Shown: positions 1 through 11,677, counted from the stretch's first letter. The stretch is DNA of 40,555 nucleotides from Elusimicrobiota bacterium (GCA_043827405.1 JBDRPD010000094.1:1-40555); one strand, 5' to 3'. Numbers and translations are program-made. Notes: generated by a model not told the origin, from the letters alone.

Positions 1-2
1 TA

Positions 3-530
3 TTGAAGCTGCGCGAGCACGTCGCCATGGTCAAGGACCGAGAGCGATGTGCCGCCTATATCCCGGAGACCGAAACGAAATCGAGCTACAACTCCGCTAC
101 GGGGAAAAATGAGTCCTATGATGTCCCGTACGAGCAGGGGAAGAAGGAAAAGGCACGGTTCCTCAAGTTCGCGGAATATGAGGCAAAAGCTCAGGAAAAA
201 CTGCTGGCCTCCTTGGAACCGCACTGGTGTCAGCGCCACGGCTGCCAGAGCAATGTCACCGACTTTTCCGTCGCCCGCAAGCGCATCAGCGACGCTCGGG
301 AGGGCTTCAGCACCTGGTCGGACAGAATTCCGGATGTCGTCTATCAGGTAAGCACCGCGGACGCACACATGATAAAGGCGGAGCAGTTCTCCGCCAATCC
401 CGCGGGTAACGAGAGCCGCAACCTCTTCCTGGCGGGGGAGTACTTGAAGAAGGCCAACGACAACCTCGCTCAGGCCAGAGGCCAATGGGGAATGCATAAG
501 AGCAATGCCTGCCGTGAGGTATTAAGATAA
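3..530 (+). CDS. Hypothetical Cys-containing protein, 5'-truncated by the window edge; paralog of the C-terminal domain of the next gene
   Basis: Open frame from the window start. Shares KARF..FA.YEAKAQ..L.PHWCQRHGC and PAGNESRN...AQARGQWGMH..NAC with 530..2350 (AKEQFEAFATHQAKVQ..LKPTWCQRHNC; PAGGQSRN...AQQAGAMWPKHVEQAC). Its stop overlaps the next start (TAATG). Confidence 0.85.
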   Translation: MKLREHVAMVKDRERCAAYIPETETKSSYNSATGKNESYDVPYEQGKKEKARFLKFAEYEAKAQEKLLASLEPHWCQRHGCQSNVTDFSVARKRISDAREGFSTWSDRIPDVVYQVSTADAHMIKAEQFSANPAGNESRNLFLAGEYLKKANDNLAQARGQWGMHKSNACREVLR

Positions 531-2350
531 TGTCTGACCAGCCGCAACGCCCCGGCGAACTGCGCGGTCCCAACACCAAGTGGAAGGACATGCTCCAAGG
601 CTTCGAGAAGCAGAAGCGCGGCTTCTCGCTGCGCAGCGTATTCACCGGCAAGAACGCCCTTGCCGCCGGAGCCGGCTTCTGCTGCCTGAGCATGCTGGGC
701 GGCTATGCCGTCTGGCACTACGGCTTCAGCGATGCCAACGGCCGCTGGGGCCGAAGCGGTCAAGCCTTCGCCGATATGGAAAACCAGCGTATGCTGGCCC
801 GCAAGTACCATGACCGCCTCACCGGGGTCAACACCTCGGGAAGCTCGCTCTACCAACGCCCCGACATCGGCGACTTCAATTTCGCCGCCGGCGACGCCCC
901 CCGCGGCGGCGGACCCGGCGCCGAAGGCGACATCAAGACCGCCGATAGCCGCTATGACGGCAAAGGCGCGGACGGCGGCAGCGGCGCCGACGGCGATGCG
1001 GGGGCTTACGGCTCAGGGCGGGCGGAGTTCGAGGACAAATCCTTTTCCTCTTCCCGCAGCGGCGGCAACGGCTACGACGGCCGGCGGCGCATGCTCGGCG
1101 GCAATTTCGGCGGCCGGACCGGCGGCCTTGGACGCGGCGGCAAGTTCGGCGGCCGCTCATCGGCCTACGGTGGACCGGGGGGCAGCTCCGGCGGACGCGG
1201 CGGCGACATTACCAGCCGCGGCTATGCCAGCCGCGACGGCTCGCAGATCTTCGGCCGCGGCTCGGTACGCGCCGAGTTCAGCGCGGGAGGCGGCGGCCCG
1301 GGCACGGCGGGAGGCGGTTCGCCCCTGTCCGCGGTTGAACGCCCGGACGGCCGCGCCTTCAGCGACATGCCCAACGGCGGATTCACCAGCGACGCCGGGG
1401 GCGGCGCCCTGGGCGGCGGCGACCTGACCGTCGGCAAGGGCGAGATTGGCGCCTGCACGATCGAGGGTGAAACCAAATGCTCGCTCTACATCTGCGGCGA
1501 GCGCAAGACCAATGAGCTGTCGCAGAAGTTCACCGGCATCCGCGCCGCGATCAGCAAAACCATGAGCGGCATGATGGGCTCGGTCGCGTCGGACTATCAG
1601 GGAGCCATAGCCAAGCAGAAGTCGATTATCAGCAAGGGCAGCGGCGTCGACACCGGCTGCGAGGGCTGCGAGGGATTAAGCGCCTGCCTGGGCTGGGGCC
1701 AGAGCAGCGTCAATAATATCGTCTCGGAGTTTCAAGCGACCAGCCAGGCGGTCATGGCGGCTAAAGGCTGTTTCGCCGGCGGCAACCCCTCGCCCGGCTG
1801 CCACCAGCAGGCGCTCAAAGCCCTGGAGATGGAGCGTAAAATGGTGCAGGGAACCTTGCCCGAGCACCAGCGGCTCAGCTCATCTTACGCTTCGAACTGC
1901 GCCAATAGCGTCGAAACAACAATGAGCGTACAAAACTCCGACGGCACGAGCTCGGAAGAGGTCAATGAAGAGGCGGCGCGGGCAAAGGAGCAGTTCGAGG
2001 CCTTTGCCACCCACCAAGCCAAGGTACAGAAAGAGGTTATAAACGAACTTAAGCCGACCTGGTGCCAGCGCCACAACTGCAACGCCTCATCGATGCTGTC
2101 CGAAGTGGATAAGGCGCAGAAGAACGGCACCATCGCCGAGCTCGGCGCCCAGGCGCCGGGCGATGTCAGCGGACAAATCGCCGGAGCCAACGCCAACCTC
2201 CAGCAAGGCAGCGCCCTGCTCAAAGCGCCGGCCGGCGGCCAGAGCCGCAATATGATCAACGGCAGCCTGCAGCTCTCGCTCGCGGCGCAGCGCGCCCAGC
2301 AAGCCGGCGCCATGTGGCCCAAACACGTCGAGCAAGCCTGCAGCGAGTAG
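530..2350 (+). CDS. Hypothetical membrane-anchored protein: N-terminal TM helix, long Gly/Ser-rich linker, Cys-rich C-terminal domain
   Basis: 606-aa ORF; hydrophobic ALAAGAGFCCLSMLGGYAVWHYG near the N-terminus; low-complexity Gly-rich middle; 12 Cys after the linker. Confidence 0.85.
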   Translation: MSDQPQRPGELRGPNTKWKDMLQGFEKQKRGFSLRSVFTGKNALAAGAGFCCLSMLGGYAVWHYGFSDANGRWGRSGQAFADMENQRMLARKYHDRLTGVNTSGSSLYQRPDIGDFNFAAGDAPRGGGPGAEGDIKTADSRYDGKGADGGSGADGDAGAYGSGRAEFEDKSFSSSRSGGNGYDGRRRMLGGNFGGRTGGLGRGGKFGGRSSAYGGPGGSSGGRGGDITSRGYASRDGSQIFGRGSVRAEFSAGGGGPGTAGGGSPLSAVERPDGRAFSDMPNGGFTSDAGGGALGGGDLTVGKGEIGACTIEGETKCSLYICGERKTNELSQKFTGIRAAISKTMSGMMGSVASDYQGAIAKQKSIISKGSGVDTGCEGCEGLSACLGWGQSSVNNIVSEFQATSQAVMAAKGCFAGGNPSPGCHQQALKALEMERKMVQGTLPEHQRLSSSYASNCANSVETTMSVQNSDGTSSEEVNEEAARAKEQFEAFATHQAKVQKEVINELKPTWCQRHNCNASSMLSEVDKAQKNGTIAELGAQAPGDVSGQIAGANANLQQGSALLKAPAGGQSRNMINGSLQLSLAAQRAQQAGAMWPKHVEQACSE

Positions 2351-2376
2351 CCCCTGCCGGTCGCGTCGGCGGCAAA

Positions 2377-2385
2377 TGTTAGAAT
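2377..2385 (+). promoter_or_regulatory. Extended -10 element (TGtTAGAAT) 5 nt before the MFS ATG; probable leaderless promoter
   Basis: TGTTAGAAT at 2377-2385, ATG at 2391, no Shine-Dalgarno between them. Confidence 0.55.
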
Positions 2386-2390
2386 CCGGC

Positions 2391-3614
2391 ATGCTTTTTT
2401 CCGGCAGCCCGCGCGCGCATAAAACCCTGCGCCTCGATATCGGCCGCGGCGCGCTGGAAGGCCTGACCCAGGCCGGCTGGCAGTCGCTGACCCTGCTGAT
2501 CCTCATCGAGGTCTTCCTCAAGCCGGCGGGAGACAAAGGCGAAATGGCGCAGGCGCTGATGTTCGGCGCCGGCTTTTTCGGCATGGTACTGGCCGTCTTC
2601 TACACCAGCGCCGCCGGACGGTGGCGGGCCGACAAGAGCGCCTGGGCGGCCTGGCCGTCATTTTTCGCGGCCGCGGCTTTGGGGCTCTCCGCCGCCATGC
2701 CTTCGGCCTGGACCTTCGTGGCCGCCGTCGGCATCGGACATATGCTGCTGCCCCTGCGCATCCCTTTTCTCACCGAGATTTACCACGAGAACTATCCCGC
2801 CCGCCGGCGTGGGACCTATCACAGCATGTCGCTGGCCGCCGCCCAGCTTACCACCGTCGTTTTCAGCTATCTGGCCGGCAAGTGGCTGACCGCCGACCTG
2901 GAGGCCTGGCGCTGGATTATGCTCATCATCGCCGCCGGCGCCGCCGCTTCGGGGCTCTTGGTCGGGCGGATCCCAAGCTCGCCCCCGCGCACCGAGCGCG
3001 GCGCCGGCCTGCTGACCGCCTTCAAGTGGGCATGGAAGGACCCCGTCTTCGGCTACCTATTGGCGGTGTGGTTCATCTTCGGCTTCGCCAACCTGTGGAT
3101 CATGCCGATCCGCATCAGCTATCTGGCCGGGGACCTGGGGCTGAGCCCCGCCGCGGTGGCGATGCTCGCCGCCGTCATCCCCGAGGCGGCGCGCCTGGTT
3201 TTTCTTCCTCTGTGGGCCTACCTGTTCGACCGTATGAACTTCATCGTCATGCGCATGCTGCTCAACTCGTTTTTCGCCGTAGGCATCTGGATATTCTTCA
3301 CCGCCGAGACCGCGACGGGCATCGCGCTGGGGGCGCTGCTGCACGGCATCGGCTTCGCCGGCGGCCGCCTGGCCTGGGCGCTGTGGGTGACCAAGATGGT
3401 GCCCCAGGAGCGCAGCGCGCAGTACATGTCGGTGCACCTGGCGCTGACCGGGGTGCGCGGCACCTTCGGTCCGATGCTGGGCTTCTGGACCTTGGGCTAT
3501 ATCATGCGCGCCGGCGGCGGGCACGCCCACCTCGCCGCCATCTCCTGCGGGCTGTTCATCCTGAGCATCCTGCTGCTGGTGCCGGTGATCAAGCACGGCC
3601 GCCGCGAGGAGTGA
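2391..3614 (+). CDS. MFS transporter
   Basis: About 12 hydrophobic segments; YHENYPARRRG and WAYLFDRMN loop motifs typical of MFS. Start placed at ATG 2391 (alternative 2376). Confidence 0.85.
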   Translation: MLFSGSPRAHKTLRLDIGRGALEGLTQAGWQSLTLLILIEVFLKPAGDKGEMAQALMFGAGFFGMVLAVFYTSAAGRWRADKSAWAAWPSFFAAAALGLSAAMPSAWTFVAAVGIGHMLLPLRIPFLTEIYHENYPARRRGTYHSMSLAAAQLTTVVFSYLAGKWLTADLEAWRWIMLIIAAGAAASGLLVGRIPSSPPRTERGAGLLTAFKWAWKDPVFGYLLAVWFIFGFANLWIMPIRISYLAGDLGLSPAAVAMLAAVIPEAARLVFLPLWAYLFDRMNFIVMRMLLNSFFAVGIWIFFTAETATGIALGALLHGIGFAGGRLAWALWVTKMVPQERSAQYMSVHLALTGVRGTFGPMLGFWTLGYIMRAGGGHAHLAAISCGLFILSILLLVPVIKHGRREE

Positions 3615-3630
3615 AGCGGCGGGCGAAGGC

Positions 3631-4656
3631 TCAGTAGCTCGTCGAGTCGAGCTTGACCTTGCCGCGGAACAGCCAGTAGATGCCGACGGTGTAAGAGAGC
3701 ACCAGCGGCATCCCGATGAGCGCGATGATCAGCATAATGCCCAGGGTCTTCTGCGACGACGCCGCATTGTAGATCGTCAGGCTCAGCTCGGGATAGGGGT
3801 TGGAGTAGACGAGATTGGGGAACATCCCGATTCCCAGAAGCGCCATCAGCACCGCCATCGCGGCGCAGGACGAGAAAAAAGCGCGGAGCTCGCGCTGGTG
3901 GAAAATCTCGCGCGGGATATTGGCGATGGCCAAGACATTGAGCGCCGGCAGCAGGAACAGCGCCGGATACTCCACGATCAGCGCGCTCATATGCGGCAGA
4001 TAGAGCAAGGTCGCCATGGTGACCAACACATAGCACAACACGAAGAAGATGATCGCATTGCGCACCCACTCCCTAATCTTGGTCTGAAAAGCGCCCTCGG
4101 TCTTAATCAGCATAAAGATCGCGCCGTGCATCATAAACAGCGCCACCGCCGTCACGCCCATGAGGATCGAGTACGGATGCAGCAAAGCCCAGAAGCCGGC
4201 GGCATAGTGGCGGCCGGCGGTTAGCGGGATGCCCCAGGCGAGGTTGCCCATGGCGACGCCGATCAGGAAGCTGGAGAGCACGCTGCTGCTGCTGAAGCCG
4301 ACATCCCAAGCGCTCTTCCACCAGGCCATGGGCTGCTTGCCGCGAACCTCGATGGATACCGCGCGAAAGATCAGGGACGCCAGCAGCAGCATGAAGGCGG
4401 TATAGAAGCCGGAGAATACGGTAGCGTAGGCTTCGGGGAACGCCGCGAACAACGCGCCGCCGCCGGTGACGAGCCAGACCTCGTTGCCGTCCCATACCGG
4501 GCCGATGGCATTGAGCATAATGCGGCGCTCCTTGTCGCTCTTGGTAAACAGGTGGAGCGCCCCCACGCCGAGATCGAAGCCGTCGAGCATCACATAGCCG
4601 GTAAAAAGCACGCCCACCAGCAGAAACCACACCAAGTTGAGATCGAGGCCCATCAT
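3631..4656 (-). CDS. cydB: Cytochrome bd ubiquinol oxidase subunit II
   Basis: [28 protein letters not shown] motifs; ATGA overlap with the cydA stop. Confidence 0.97.
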   Translation of the reverse strand: MMGLDLNLVWFLLVGVLFTGYVMLDGFDLGVGALHLFTKSDKERRIMLNAIGPVWDGNEVWLVTGGGALFAAFPEAYATVFSGFYTAFMLLLASLIFRAVSIEVRGKQPMAWWKSAWDVGFSSSSVLSSFLIGVAMGNLAWGIPLTAGRHYAAGFWALLHPYSILMGVTAVALFMMHGAIFMLIKTEGAFQTKIREWVRNAIIFFVLCYVLVTMATLLYLPHMSALIVEYPALFLLPALNVLAIANIPREIFHQRELRAFFSSCAAMAVLMALLGIGMFPNLVYSNPYPELSLTIYNAASSQKTLGIMLIIALIGMPLVLSYTVGIYWLFRGKVKLDSTSY

Positions 4657-6002
4657 GCCGACTGCCCCTCCGGCTGCTGGTCCGCATCCAACGGACCTTT
4701 GCGGATTTTATGATCGAGCAGGAAGATGAAAACCAAAAACAGCAAGGCGTAGATGAGCGTGAACATGATCATGGAAAAGAGTACCTGCTGCGCGGAAACG
4801 ACCGCCGACAAGCCTTCGCTGGTGCGCATCAGCCGGTACACGATCCAGGGCTGGCGTCCGACCTCGGCCGCGAACCAGCCCGCCTGATTGGCTACCTGCG
4901 GGCCGAGCACCGCGGGGACGAAGACGGCCAAGAGCCACCGCTGTTCAAACAAGGTCCCGCGCCACCAGAAGAATATTCCCCCCAGGCTCAGTCCGATTAA
5001 AGCGAAGCCGACCGCGATCATCACATGGTAGAACTGAAAGCTCAGGTTGACGGGAGGCCGGTCCTCCGGCTTGAAGGCCTTAAGCCCGGCGAGCGGCTTG
5101 CTGCGGTCATTGAAGACCAGCTGGCTCAGCATCCCCGGCAAGCCCAGGCCGAAACGCACCCGCTCTTCTTTCTCATCCACCCAGCCGAACATATAGAGGT
5201 CGCCCGGCGCCGATACCGGATAATGCCCTTCAAAAGCGGCGAGCTTCTCCGGCTGATTCTTCGCCACGCCGATGGCGCTGACATGGCCGGTCAGGAGCTG
5301 GCCCAGCGAGCCCGCCAGCGCCACGCACAAGGCGATCTTCATCGACGCCTTGGCGAATTCCTGATGCTTATTCTTAAGCAGATAGAAGGCGCTCACGCTC
5401 AGCACCAAGAAAGCGCCTGCCTGCCAGGCCCCGCACAGCACATGGCTGAGCCGCTCCATAGACGACGGATTGAAGACCATGGCCCAGAAGTCCGTGATCT
5501 CGGCCCGCGCGCTCAGGCCCTCGCCGACGATATGGTAGCCCGCCGGCGTCTGCTGCCAGGAGTTGGCCACCACTATCCATACGGCGCTGAAATGCGCGCC
5601 CAAACAAACCAGCAAGGTGGATAGAAAGTGCAGGCGCGGCCCGACTCGATCCCAGCCGAAGAGCAGGATGGCAAGGAATCCCGACTCCAGGAAGAAGGCG
5701 AATATCCCCTCGGCCGCCAAAGCGCTGCCGAAAACGTCGCCGACATAGCGCGAGTAGGCGGCCCAGTTGGTCCCGAACTCGAACTCCATAACGATGCCGG
5801 TGGCCACGCCCATGGCGAAGATCAGCCCGAAGACCCGCACCCAAAAGCGCGTCATCTGGCGGTACAGCGGCTTGCGGGTCCGCAGGTACAGCCCTTCCAT
5901 AATGACCAGGACCAGGCCGAGACCGATGCTCAGCGGCGGGAAGATATAGTGGAAAGAGATGGTGAAAGCGAACTGCAGCCTGGACAGCAGGAGTGCATCC
6001 AT
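4653..6002 (-). CDS. cydA: Cytochrome bd ubiquinol oxidase subunit I
   Basis: [50 protein letters not shown] motifs. Confidence 0.97.
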   Translation of the reverse strand: MDALLLSRLQFAFTISFHYIFPPLSIGLGLVLVIMEGLYLRTRKPLYRQMTRFWVRVFGLIFAMGVATGIVMEFEFGTNWAAYSRYVGDVFGSALAAEGIFAFFLESGFLAILLFGWDRVGPRLHFLSTLLVCLGAHFSAVWIVVANSWQQTPAGYHIVGEGLSARAEITDFWAMVFNPSSMERLSHVLCGAWQAGAFLVLSVSAFYLLKNKHQEFAKASMKIALCVALAGSLGQLLTGHVSAIGVAKNQPEKLAAFEGHYPVSAPGDLYMFGWVDEKEERVRFGLGLPGMLSQLVFNDRSKPLAGLKAFKPEDRPPVNLSFQFYHVMIAVGFALIGLSLGGIFFWWRGTLFEQRWLLAVFVPAVLGPQVANQAGWFAAEVGRQPWIVYRLMRTSEGLSAVVSAQQVLFSMIMFTLIYALLFLVFIFLLDHKIRKGPLDADQQPEGQSA

Positions 6003-6009
6003 CACTCGG

Positions 6010-6018
6010 ACTCTAGCA
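6010..6018 (-). promoter_or_regulatory. Extended -10 (TGcTAGAGT) 7 nt before the cydA ATG; probable leaderless promoter
   Basis: Minus strand reads TGCTAGAGT-ccgagtg-ATG; no convincing SD. Confidence 0.5.
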
Positions 6019-6024
6019 AAACCT

Positions 6025-9000
6025 TTACTCCACTATCCAGAAGTCGCGCGGGTAGAGCCGCACCAAGCCGTCGGCCTCGCCGTTCTTCTTGAGCAGCTGC
6101 TCGTAGTCCTTGAGGACGCCGTCGGGACCGATCACGAAGCCCGACGCCCCCGGCGCATCCTTCATCTTGATCCCGTAGCCGACCAGCACCGAGCCGAGCA
6201 CGCGCGGCAGCCGCGCCTTGAGCTCTTTGAGCGCGCCGTCCGCTTTGGCCGCGGCGACCAGCGCTTTCTTGAACCGGCGCACGATCTGCGGCGACCGGCC
6301 GTCGGCGAAGTCCGCCGCCATCGCCGCGCCGCGCGCGGAGTAGGTGGCCGCGCCGCGATAGTCCGAAAAGGCGTTGGCCAAAGCGTGCTCAACGATCGCG
6401 GGCGTGTCGAGCGCCGTGGTCTTCGCCAGCTGGGAGACGAAGCGCATGGTGGCGCTCAGGTCCGAGCAGCGCTCCGCGTAGTACAGCACCCGTCCGCGCG
6501 AGGGAGACGGCCGCGTCCCGTTGGAGTAAGCCAAGCCGGCGGACCAGGTCTTCATGAAGAAGGAATGCGGCGCCCCGCCGGCGAAAACCTCCGCCGCGAG
6601 ATAGTCGAGCACGGAGTCCCGGTCCGCGTCGCCGTAGGCCGGGCCGTCCGCCGACAGCACGAACACCCCCGACTTCGCGTCGTTATTGACCAGGCCGACA
6701 TGCACGGGCGGAGCGGCCAGTCCCTTGATGCGCTCCTGGAGCCGCCGCGTAACGACTCCGGTCTGGCGCAGCGGCTTGTTCTTTACCTTGGCGCCGGGCT
6801 GCAGCTTCTTTATGAAGGTCTCGACGAGGCCGGCGGCGGCGGCGGCGTTCTTCTCGGTGCCCGTGATCGCCACGCGCATATTGCCCCGCGTCAGGATGCC
6901 GCGCAGCATGCCCTTCATATGCTTCATTTCCCCGGCCGGCGGCCGCCCGACATCCTCCTTGGTCTCCCGGATCAGCCGCTCGATATCCCGCCGCCAGGTT
7001 GTCTCCGGCAAGTAGCGGAACGTTGCAGAGAAATAGCTGCCGAATTCCCTGAGGAAGCGCGACGCCGGCAGCGTCGGAGGAAGCCCGGCGCCGGACGCCA
7101 GCCGGCTGAAGCGGTCGGCCATCCGTTCGCGCGGCGCCTGGCGCTCCCCGGTATCCGCCAGGAGATCGTCGAGGATCTGCTCCGCCAGCAGCCGGGTCTT
7201 GGCGTCGGGATACTCCGTCAGCCGGAAGTACAGCCGGTGCAGCAGGTGCAGGCGCGTCAGCGGACTGCGCACGCTCATCCACTGCGGGTCCCGCTGATGC
7301 AGGTAGGCGTCGGCGGCGCTCTCCGCCCATTCCTCTTCCGCCGATTGAAACAGATTCGTCAGCGATTGGATCTCGTCGCGCAGCAGATCGCGCAGGCGGC
7401 CGGCCGTGGCCGCGGAGATATCCGAACGCCGCAGCGCCGACTCGATCCAGTCCGCGGACTTGCGGATTTCCGCGGGTCCGGCGCCGGAGGCGGAGATCGA
7501 CAGCTCCAGCCGCCGGGTGCGCGGATCGGAGACGATGCGCGCGCTCAGCGCGTAGATCTCGGAGCGCCAGCGCTCCTCCATGCCGACGTAATCGAGCTTC
7601 TCCCCCCCCGCCGTCGCCGCGCCCATCTCGGTCAGCAGCCGCGAGAAGGCGGGAAGGTAGAGCCAGTCCGCCTCGGGCACGCCCCGCAGGTTGAAGAACA
7701 GGTGGATATCGGTGAACGGGGTCGAGGGAAAGCGGCTGATCACGGCGGGGACCCGGCCGCCGAGCTTGCGCGTCTCAACGTCGATGGACTCATCGAGCGT
7801 CAGCGGCGGCTGGTCCACGAACTGCGGCGAGCCGATCGAGGCGTCGCGCGCCTTGAGCTCCGCGGTCTTCTGCGCATACTCCTCGGCGTGGCGCGCGAAC
7901 ACCGCCTGCTCGTCTTTAAGCTTATAGAGCTTCTTCAGCTCAGCGGCGGCCTGGGCCATGCGCGCGAGCTTGGCCGCCCGATCGGCCGCGAGCAGTTCCG
8001 GAGCGGGCACAACGGCGCTGACGATCATCGGCTCCCGCAGGCCGCCGGAGCGGATGACGTCCTGCCAAATATTCTTCCCGTCCCGCAGGGCGCCTTCGAT
8101 CTCGTCGTAAACCGCGGCCTCCGCCAGGTTTTTACGGAAGCCTTTGGCGCGCGCCAGCTCGTCGAGATGCTGATGCCAGCCCGTCCCGCCGTGCCGGAAG
8201 CCGAAGCGCGGCGGGCTGTCGATAAACTTGAGCATGGACCGGCGCCATGAGCTCAGCAGGGATAGCGCCTTTTGGTTGAACTCCTTAAGCTCCGGAGAAC
8301 GTCGTCCGGCCTTCTCCAGCGCGGCGACGCGGCGCAAAACGGCTTCGCGCACGACGCCGAGATGCTCCGGCGTAAGCTTCGACGACGGCAGGCCGGTCAG
8401 AAACAGCAGCGGCACATTGCCGGGCTCGCGGGTGAAATACGAACCGATATTGGCCGCGCCGGAATCCAGCTCCCGGGTCTTGCCGTCCACCAGCACGCGA
8501 TACAGCACCGAGGTATCGCCGTCGGCAAGGACGCTGAGAAACAGCGTCAGCTCCAGCCGCTCGCGCATCGTCGGCGTACGGGGCAGCGGTTTCCAGGAGA
8601 AAACGGCCTCCTGCGGCAGCTCGGTCGCGGCGCTGGGGAACTTGCCGATCACGATCGGCGCGCCCTCGGCCGGAGCAAACGGCGGCAGGCTCGCGTAGGC
8701 GCCGCACTCGCCGCCTCCGGGCCGGCAGCCCGGCTGGGCCTTGACGGCCGCGGGTTCGAGCTCCTCCATGACGGCGCTCAGACGCGTAAGGAACTCGGCC
8801 TGCGGGTAGTCCGGCGGCAGCGCGGCGATGATGGAGAGATTGCTGCCGAAGTGGTAGTTGGCGGCATGGAAGCGGCGTATATCCGCGGGCTTCATGCGGC
8901 GGATGTCGTCGGGAGCTCCGCCCTGGTTGCGTGCCAGCGGATGGCCGGCGCCGTAGAGCTGGCGCTTGAGCTGCTCCCAATTGACCCACTGCGCTTTTTC

Positions 9001-9588
9001 CATCGACGAGATCATTTCCAGGTAGACCGACCCTTTTTCCTCCAGCCGCAGCTTGCCGGTGCCGGCATCCGTCTCGGTTCCGATATGCGCGACCTCGCGC
9101 CGGATCTCCTCGTCGCTGTAGTCCGGAAGGATCAGCGCCCGCAGGTACTGCCGCAGGAGCCGGTAGAAGGTCTCTTTGTCCCCGGCGCTGTTGAACTGGT
9201 AGTTCGTCAGCTCCTGGTGGGTCGCCGCGGTATGCGCGCCGAGGCTCATGGAGATGAGGCTGTTGAAGTATTGGCCGACCTTGCCCTTGCCCAGCAGCAG
9301 ATGCTCCTGCGTATGCGGCTCGCCCATATCGGAGGTGGGAAGGGTCCCGACGTTCAGGGATACCTGAGGCACCGAGGCGACGCGCAGGATATCGACCACC
9401 ATCCCGTTGGGGTGCACGTAGCGCGCGCCCATCGGTTCTCCCTCCGCGTCCAGATACAGGCTTTGCACGCGGTAGCCCGCGACGTTCTGGCCTTCGTCGT
9501 AGCCGCCGAGCTCGGTGCGGACCGCCGCCGGGCATTCGCGGGCCGCCAGCAAGGCGAGAGATAAAACGGCGGATGTCATTGCATTCAT
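6025..9588 (-). CDS. Exported M16 (insulinase/presequence-protease-like) zinc metallopeptidase
   Basis: Inverted zinc motif [11 protein letters not shown] (HxxEH), downstream RREV and KGSVYLEM; N-terminal signal-like segment; 1187 aa. Confidence 0.88.
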   Translation of the reverse strand: MNAMTSAVLSLALLAARECPAAVRTELGGYDEGQNVAGYRVQSLYLDAEGEPMGARYVHPNGMVVDILRVASVPQVSLNVGTLPTSDMGEPHTQEHLLLGKGKVGQYFNSLISMSLGAHTAATHQELTNYQFNSAGDKETFYRLLRQYLRALILPDYSDEEIRREVAHIGTETDAGTGKLRLEEKGSVYLEMISSMEKAQWVNWEQLKRQLYGAGHPLARNQGGAPDDIRRMKPADIRRFHAANYHFGSNLSIIAALPPDYPQAEFLTRLSAVMEELEPAAVKAQPGCRPGGGECGAYASLPPFAPAEGAPIVIGKFPSAATELPQEAVFSWKPLPRTPTMRERLELTLFLSVLADGDTSVLYRVLVDGKTRELDSGAANIGSYFTREPGNVPLLFLTGLPSSKLTPEHLGVVREAVLRRVAALEKAGRRSPELKEFNQKALSLLSSWRRSMLKFIDSPPRFGFRHGGTGWHQHLDELARAKGFRKNLAEAAVYDEIEGALRDGKNIWQDVIRSGGLREPMIVSAVVPAPELLAADRAAKLARMAQAAAELKKLYKLKDEQAVFARHAEEYAQKTAELKARDASIGSPQFVDQPPLTLDESIDVETRKLGGRVPAVISRFPSTPFTDIHLFFNLRGVPEADWLYLPAFSRLLTEMGAATAGGEKLDYVGMEERWRSEIYALSARIVSDPRTRRLELSISASGAGPAEIRKSADWIESALRRSDISAATAGRLRDLLRDEIQSLTNLFQSAEEEWAESAADAYLHQRDPQWMSVRSPLTRLHLLHRLYFRLTEYPDAKTRLLAEQILDDLLADTGERQAPRERMADRFSRLASGAGLPPTLPASRFLREFGSYFSATFRYLPETTWRRDIERLIRETKEDVGRPPAGEMKHMKGMLRGILTRGNMRVAITGTEKNAAAAAGLVETFIKKLQPGAKVKNKPLRQTGVVTRRLQERIKGLAAPPVHVGLVNNDAKSGVFVLSADGPAYGDADRDSVLDYLAAEVFAGGAPHSFFMKTWSAGLAYSNGTRPSPSRGRVLYYAERCSDLSATMRFVSQLAKTTALDTPAIVEHALANAFSDYRGAATYSARGAAMAADFADGRSPQIVRRFKKALVAAAKADGALKELKARLPRVLGSVLVGYGIKMKDAPGASGFVIGPDGVLKDYEQLLKKNGEADGLVRLYPRDFWIVE

Positions 9589-9607
9589 CGTTGTTGCACG
9601 CTCCGGT

Positions 9608-10393
9608 TCAAAGTCCCGTCATGGCTCCCGTATCGCGCACCTTCTTGAACAAGGTCGCGGCTCCGATCAGGAGCGTCTCCAGCTCTTTGCTATCGAACAC
9701 TTCCGTCGACTCGATCTTCATCTGCGGTCCGCTGATATGAACATGGATGTCGCGGGCTTTCGTGCGCAGGCTGAGGATGTCGCTGAGCGCCGCGAGCGTC
9801 CGGATATCCAGCAAGGTGAAGCCGTGATCTTCAGGCAAGGCGCGCACGACGATATCCGGCGTCAGCCCGGGCAGCCCCGACAAAGGCTCCTTTTCCGCGA
9901 GCATCGGGTCGGGCCCGAGCCGCGAATCCGGCGTATGGCAGGACAGGATGCCCTTGGGGGCATTCTCGGAATAGGAACTGACAAGCACGCGAAAATCCTC
10001 ATCCTCCGCCCCGACAAATTCCAGCCGAATCTGCAGATCCTTCTCCGGCATCAAGGTCCAAACGCCCATATACTTCCCGCTCAAATCGGTCTCCGCCCGC
10101 AGCGTCGACGCCTCGCCGTCAAGCTCGACGTAGGCGCAGGCGCGCAAGGAGGCCTGCAGGCGTGAACGCGGGTTCTTGTGGAAGACGATGGGCGTCGCGA
10201 GAAAACCCAGCACCACCAGCCAGGCGGGAAGCTGGAAAGCATAACCGACCCCGCCGTACAGAATAGCGCAGCCGATAGGAACCGCCCACGACCGCACGGT
10301 CCGGCCGCCGAAATAAAACATGCCCCCGCCGACCGCCGCCGCGCCCATAACGGCCATGACCAGCACGTCCATCGTTTCCATGGAAATTTTCAC
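9608..10393 (-). CDS. Hypothetical membrane protein (about 3 N-terminal TM helices)
   Basis: GTG start overlapping the upstream stop (GTGA); hydrophobic N-terminal third. Start could instead be ATG 10381. Confidence 0.7.
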   Translation of the reverse strand: MKISMETMDVLVMAVMGAAAVGGGMFYFGGRTVRSWAVPIGCAILYGGVGYAFQLPAWLVVLGFLATPIVFHKNPRSRLQASLRACAYVELDGEASTLRAETDLSGKYMGVWTLMPEKDLQIRLEFVGAEDEDFRVLVSSYSENAPKGILSCHTPDSRLGPDPMLAEKEPLSGLPGLTPDIVVRALPEDHGFTLLDIRTLAALSDILSLRTKARDIHVHISGPQMKIESTEVFDSKELETLLIGAATLFKKVRDTGAMTGL

Positions 10394-10971
10394 AGCGCTC
10401 TCCGCACTTCGTCCGCCGCCGCCGCGAGGCCGGCCGCGACGCCCTCGTCCTTGATGGAGTCGACATTGATCTGCACGTTCTCCAGCGCGCACAGCGCGGC
10501 CGCCCGCAGCAGGTGCGCCGCGCAGCTCATGTCGGCGGCGACCGTGCCGGCCGCCAGGCCGCGGCCCGCGCCGACCTTGCGCAGCCCCGCGAGCGCCTGG
10601 CGCGCCGTCTCCAGCGGCACCTCGCCCGCGGCCTTGAGAGCCGCCTGGATCCGCTCCCGCCGGCCGGGCTCCTCCTTGGACATCCGATAGGCGGCCATCA
10701 CCGCATCGAACGCCGCCGCATCGGCCGCGGTCAGCCGCTCGAGGTCCTCCCGCAGGGCCGCCAGCTCGGCGCGCAGTTCCTCCAGCGCGGCCCGCCGCGC
10801 GGCGTCGATTTTTTTGCCGCGGGCGCTGATGCCGGCCGCCATTTCACCGAGGCCGCAGCCCATGGCGCCCGCCGCGCCGGCGGCGGAACCGCCCCCCGGA
10901 GTCGCCTCCGTGTTCGCCAGCGCCGCCGCGAACCGCGCCGCCGCCGTGAGCCAAACCTTGTTATCCGTCAC
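10390..10971 (-). CDS. Formiminotetrahydrofolate cyclodeaminase/cyclohydrolase family protein (FTCD_C)
   Basis: ATPGGGSAAG, DAAAFDAVMAAYRMSK, AGEVPLETAR, ALENVQIN motifs; lies in the hutI operon. Confidence 0.9.
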   Translation of the reverse strand: MTDNKVWLTAAARFAAALANTEATPGGGSAAGAAGAMGCGLGEMAAGISARGKKIDAARRAALEELRAELAALREDLERLTAADAAAFDAVMAAYRMSKEEPGRRERIQAALKAAGEVPLETARQALAGLRKVGAGRGLAAGTVAADMSCAAHLLRAAALCALENVQINVDSIKDEGVAAGLAAAADEVRRAL

Positions 10972-11677
10972 GACCGTTCTCCTTGACCCCGAACCAGCTC
11001 AGCCACAGCGCGAGATCACGATAGTCCTTGGCCAGGTAATCCGGTTTCGCCGCACACAGGTGCTCCCACTTCGCGTAGCCGGTCCCGACGCCGACGGTTT
11101 TAAAGCCGGCGGCGCGCCCCGCCTCCACATCGAGCGGGGTATCGCCGATCACGAATACGTCGCGCGGCCGCAGGCTTTTCCCCTGCGGCAGCTTTTTGGC
11201 GCGCCGGAAAGCCGTCTGCAGCAGCACCGGACGCGAAAAGGAGTCCGAACCAAAGCCGCCGAACTTGAAATAGCCGTTGAAGCCGGAAGGCTCCAGCTTG
11301 ATCCGGGCGCCCTGCTCCATGTTCCCGGTGCCCAGACCCAGCAGAACGCCCGGCTCACTCCCCAAGCGTTTGAGCAGACGCCGGACACCCCGGGGATAGC
11401 CGTACTTTTTGCCGCGCCGAGCCACCCGAACGTAATGCGGCAGCCGCCGCAGGTAGGCGCGGTGCACGCGCTCGAGCGCCGCGCGGCTCGGCCGGCGGCC
11501 GGTGACCGCCTTGATCGCCTCGGAGAAGTTCCGCAGATCCGTCTTGCCGGCCAGGCTGTAATCGGCGGGGCCCGGCCGCACGCCGTAGACGTCGCGGATC
11601 GCCCGGTCCAGCGCCTTTCTCCCCGCGCCGCCGGCACGCACCAAAGTCCCATCGAGGTCGAACAGCAGCAGCTTCAT
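10961..11677 (-). CDS. HAD-superfamily hydrolase (phosphoglycolate phosphatase-like)
   Basis: LLLFDLDGTL, LGTGN, GGFGSD, VIGDTPLDV motifs; ATG overlaps the hutI stop. Confidence 0.9.
   Translation of the reverse strand: MKLLLFDLDGTLVRAGGAGRKALDRAIRDVYGVRPGPADYSLAGKTDLRNFSEAIKAVTGRRPSRAALERVHRAYLRRLPHYVRVARRGKKYGYPRGVRRLLKRLGSEPGVLLGLGTGNMEQGARIKLEPSGFNGYFKFGGFGSDSFSRPVLLQTAFRRAKKLPQGKSLRPRDVFVIGDTPLDVEAGRAAGFKTVGVGTGYAKWEHLCAAKPDYLAKDYRDLALWLSWFGVKENGRDG

Noticed and set aside
5959..8250. 763-aa plus-strand ORF (also 8272..9564)
   Set aside because: Antisense shadow of the M16 peptidase in GC-rich DNA; Arg/Ala-rich with no motifs.
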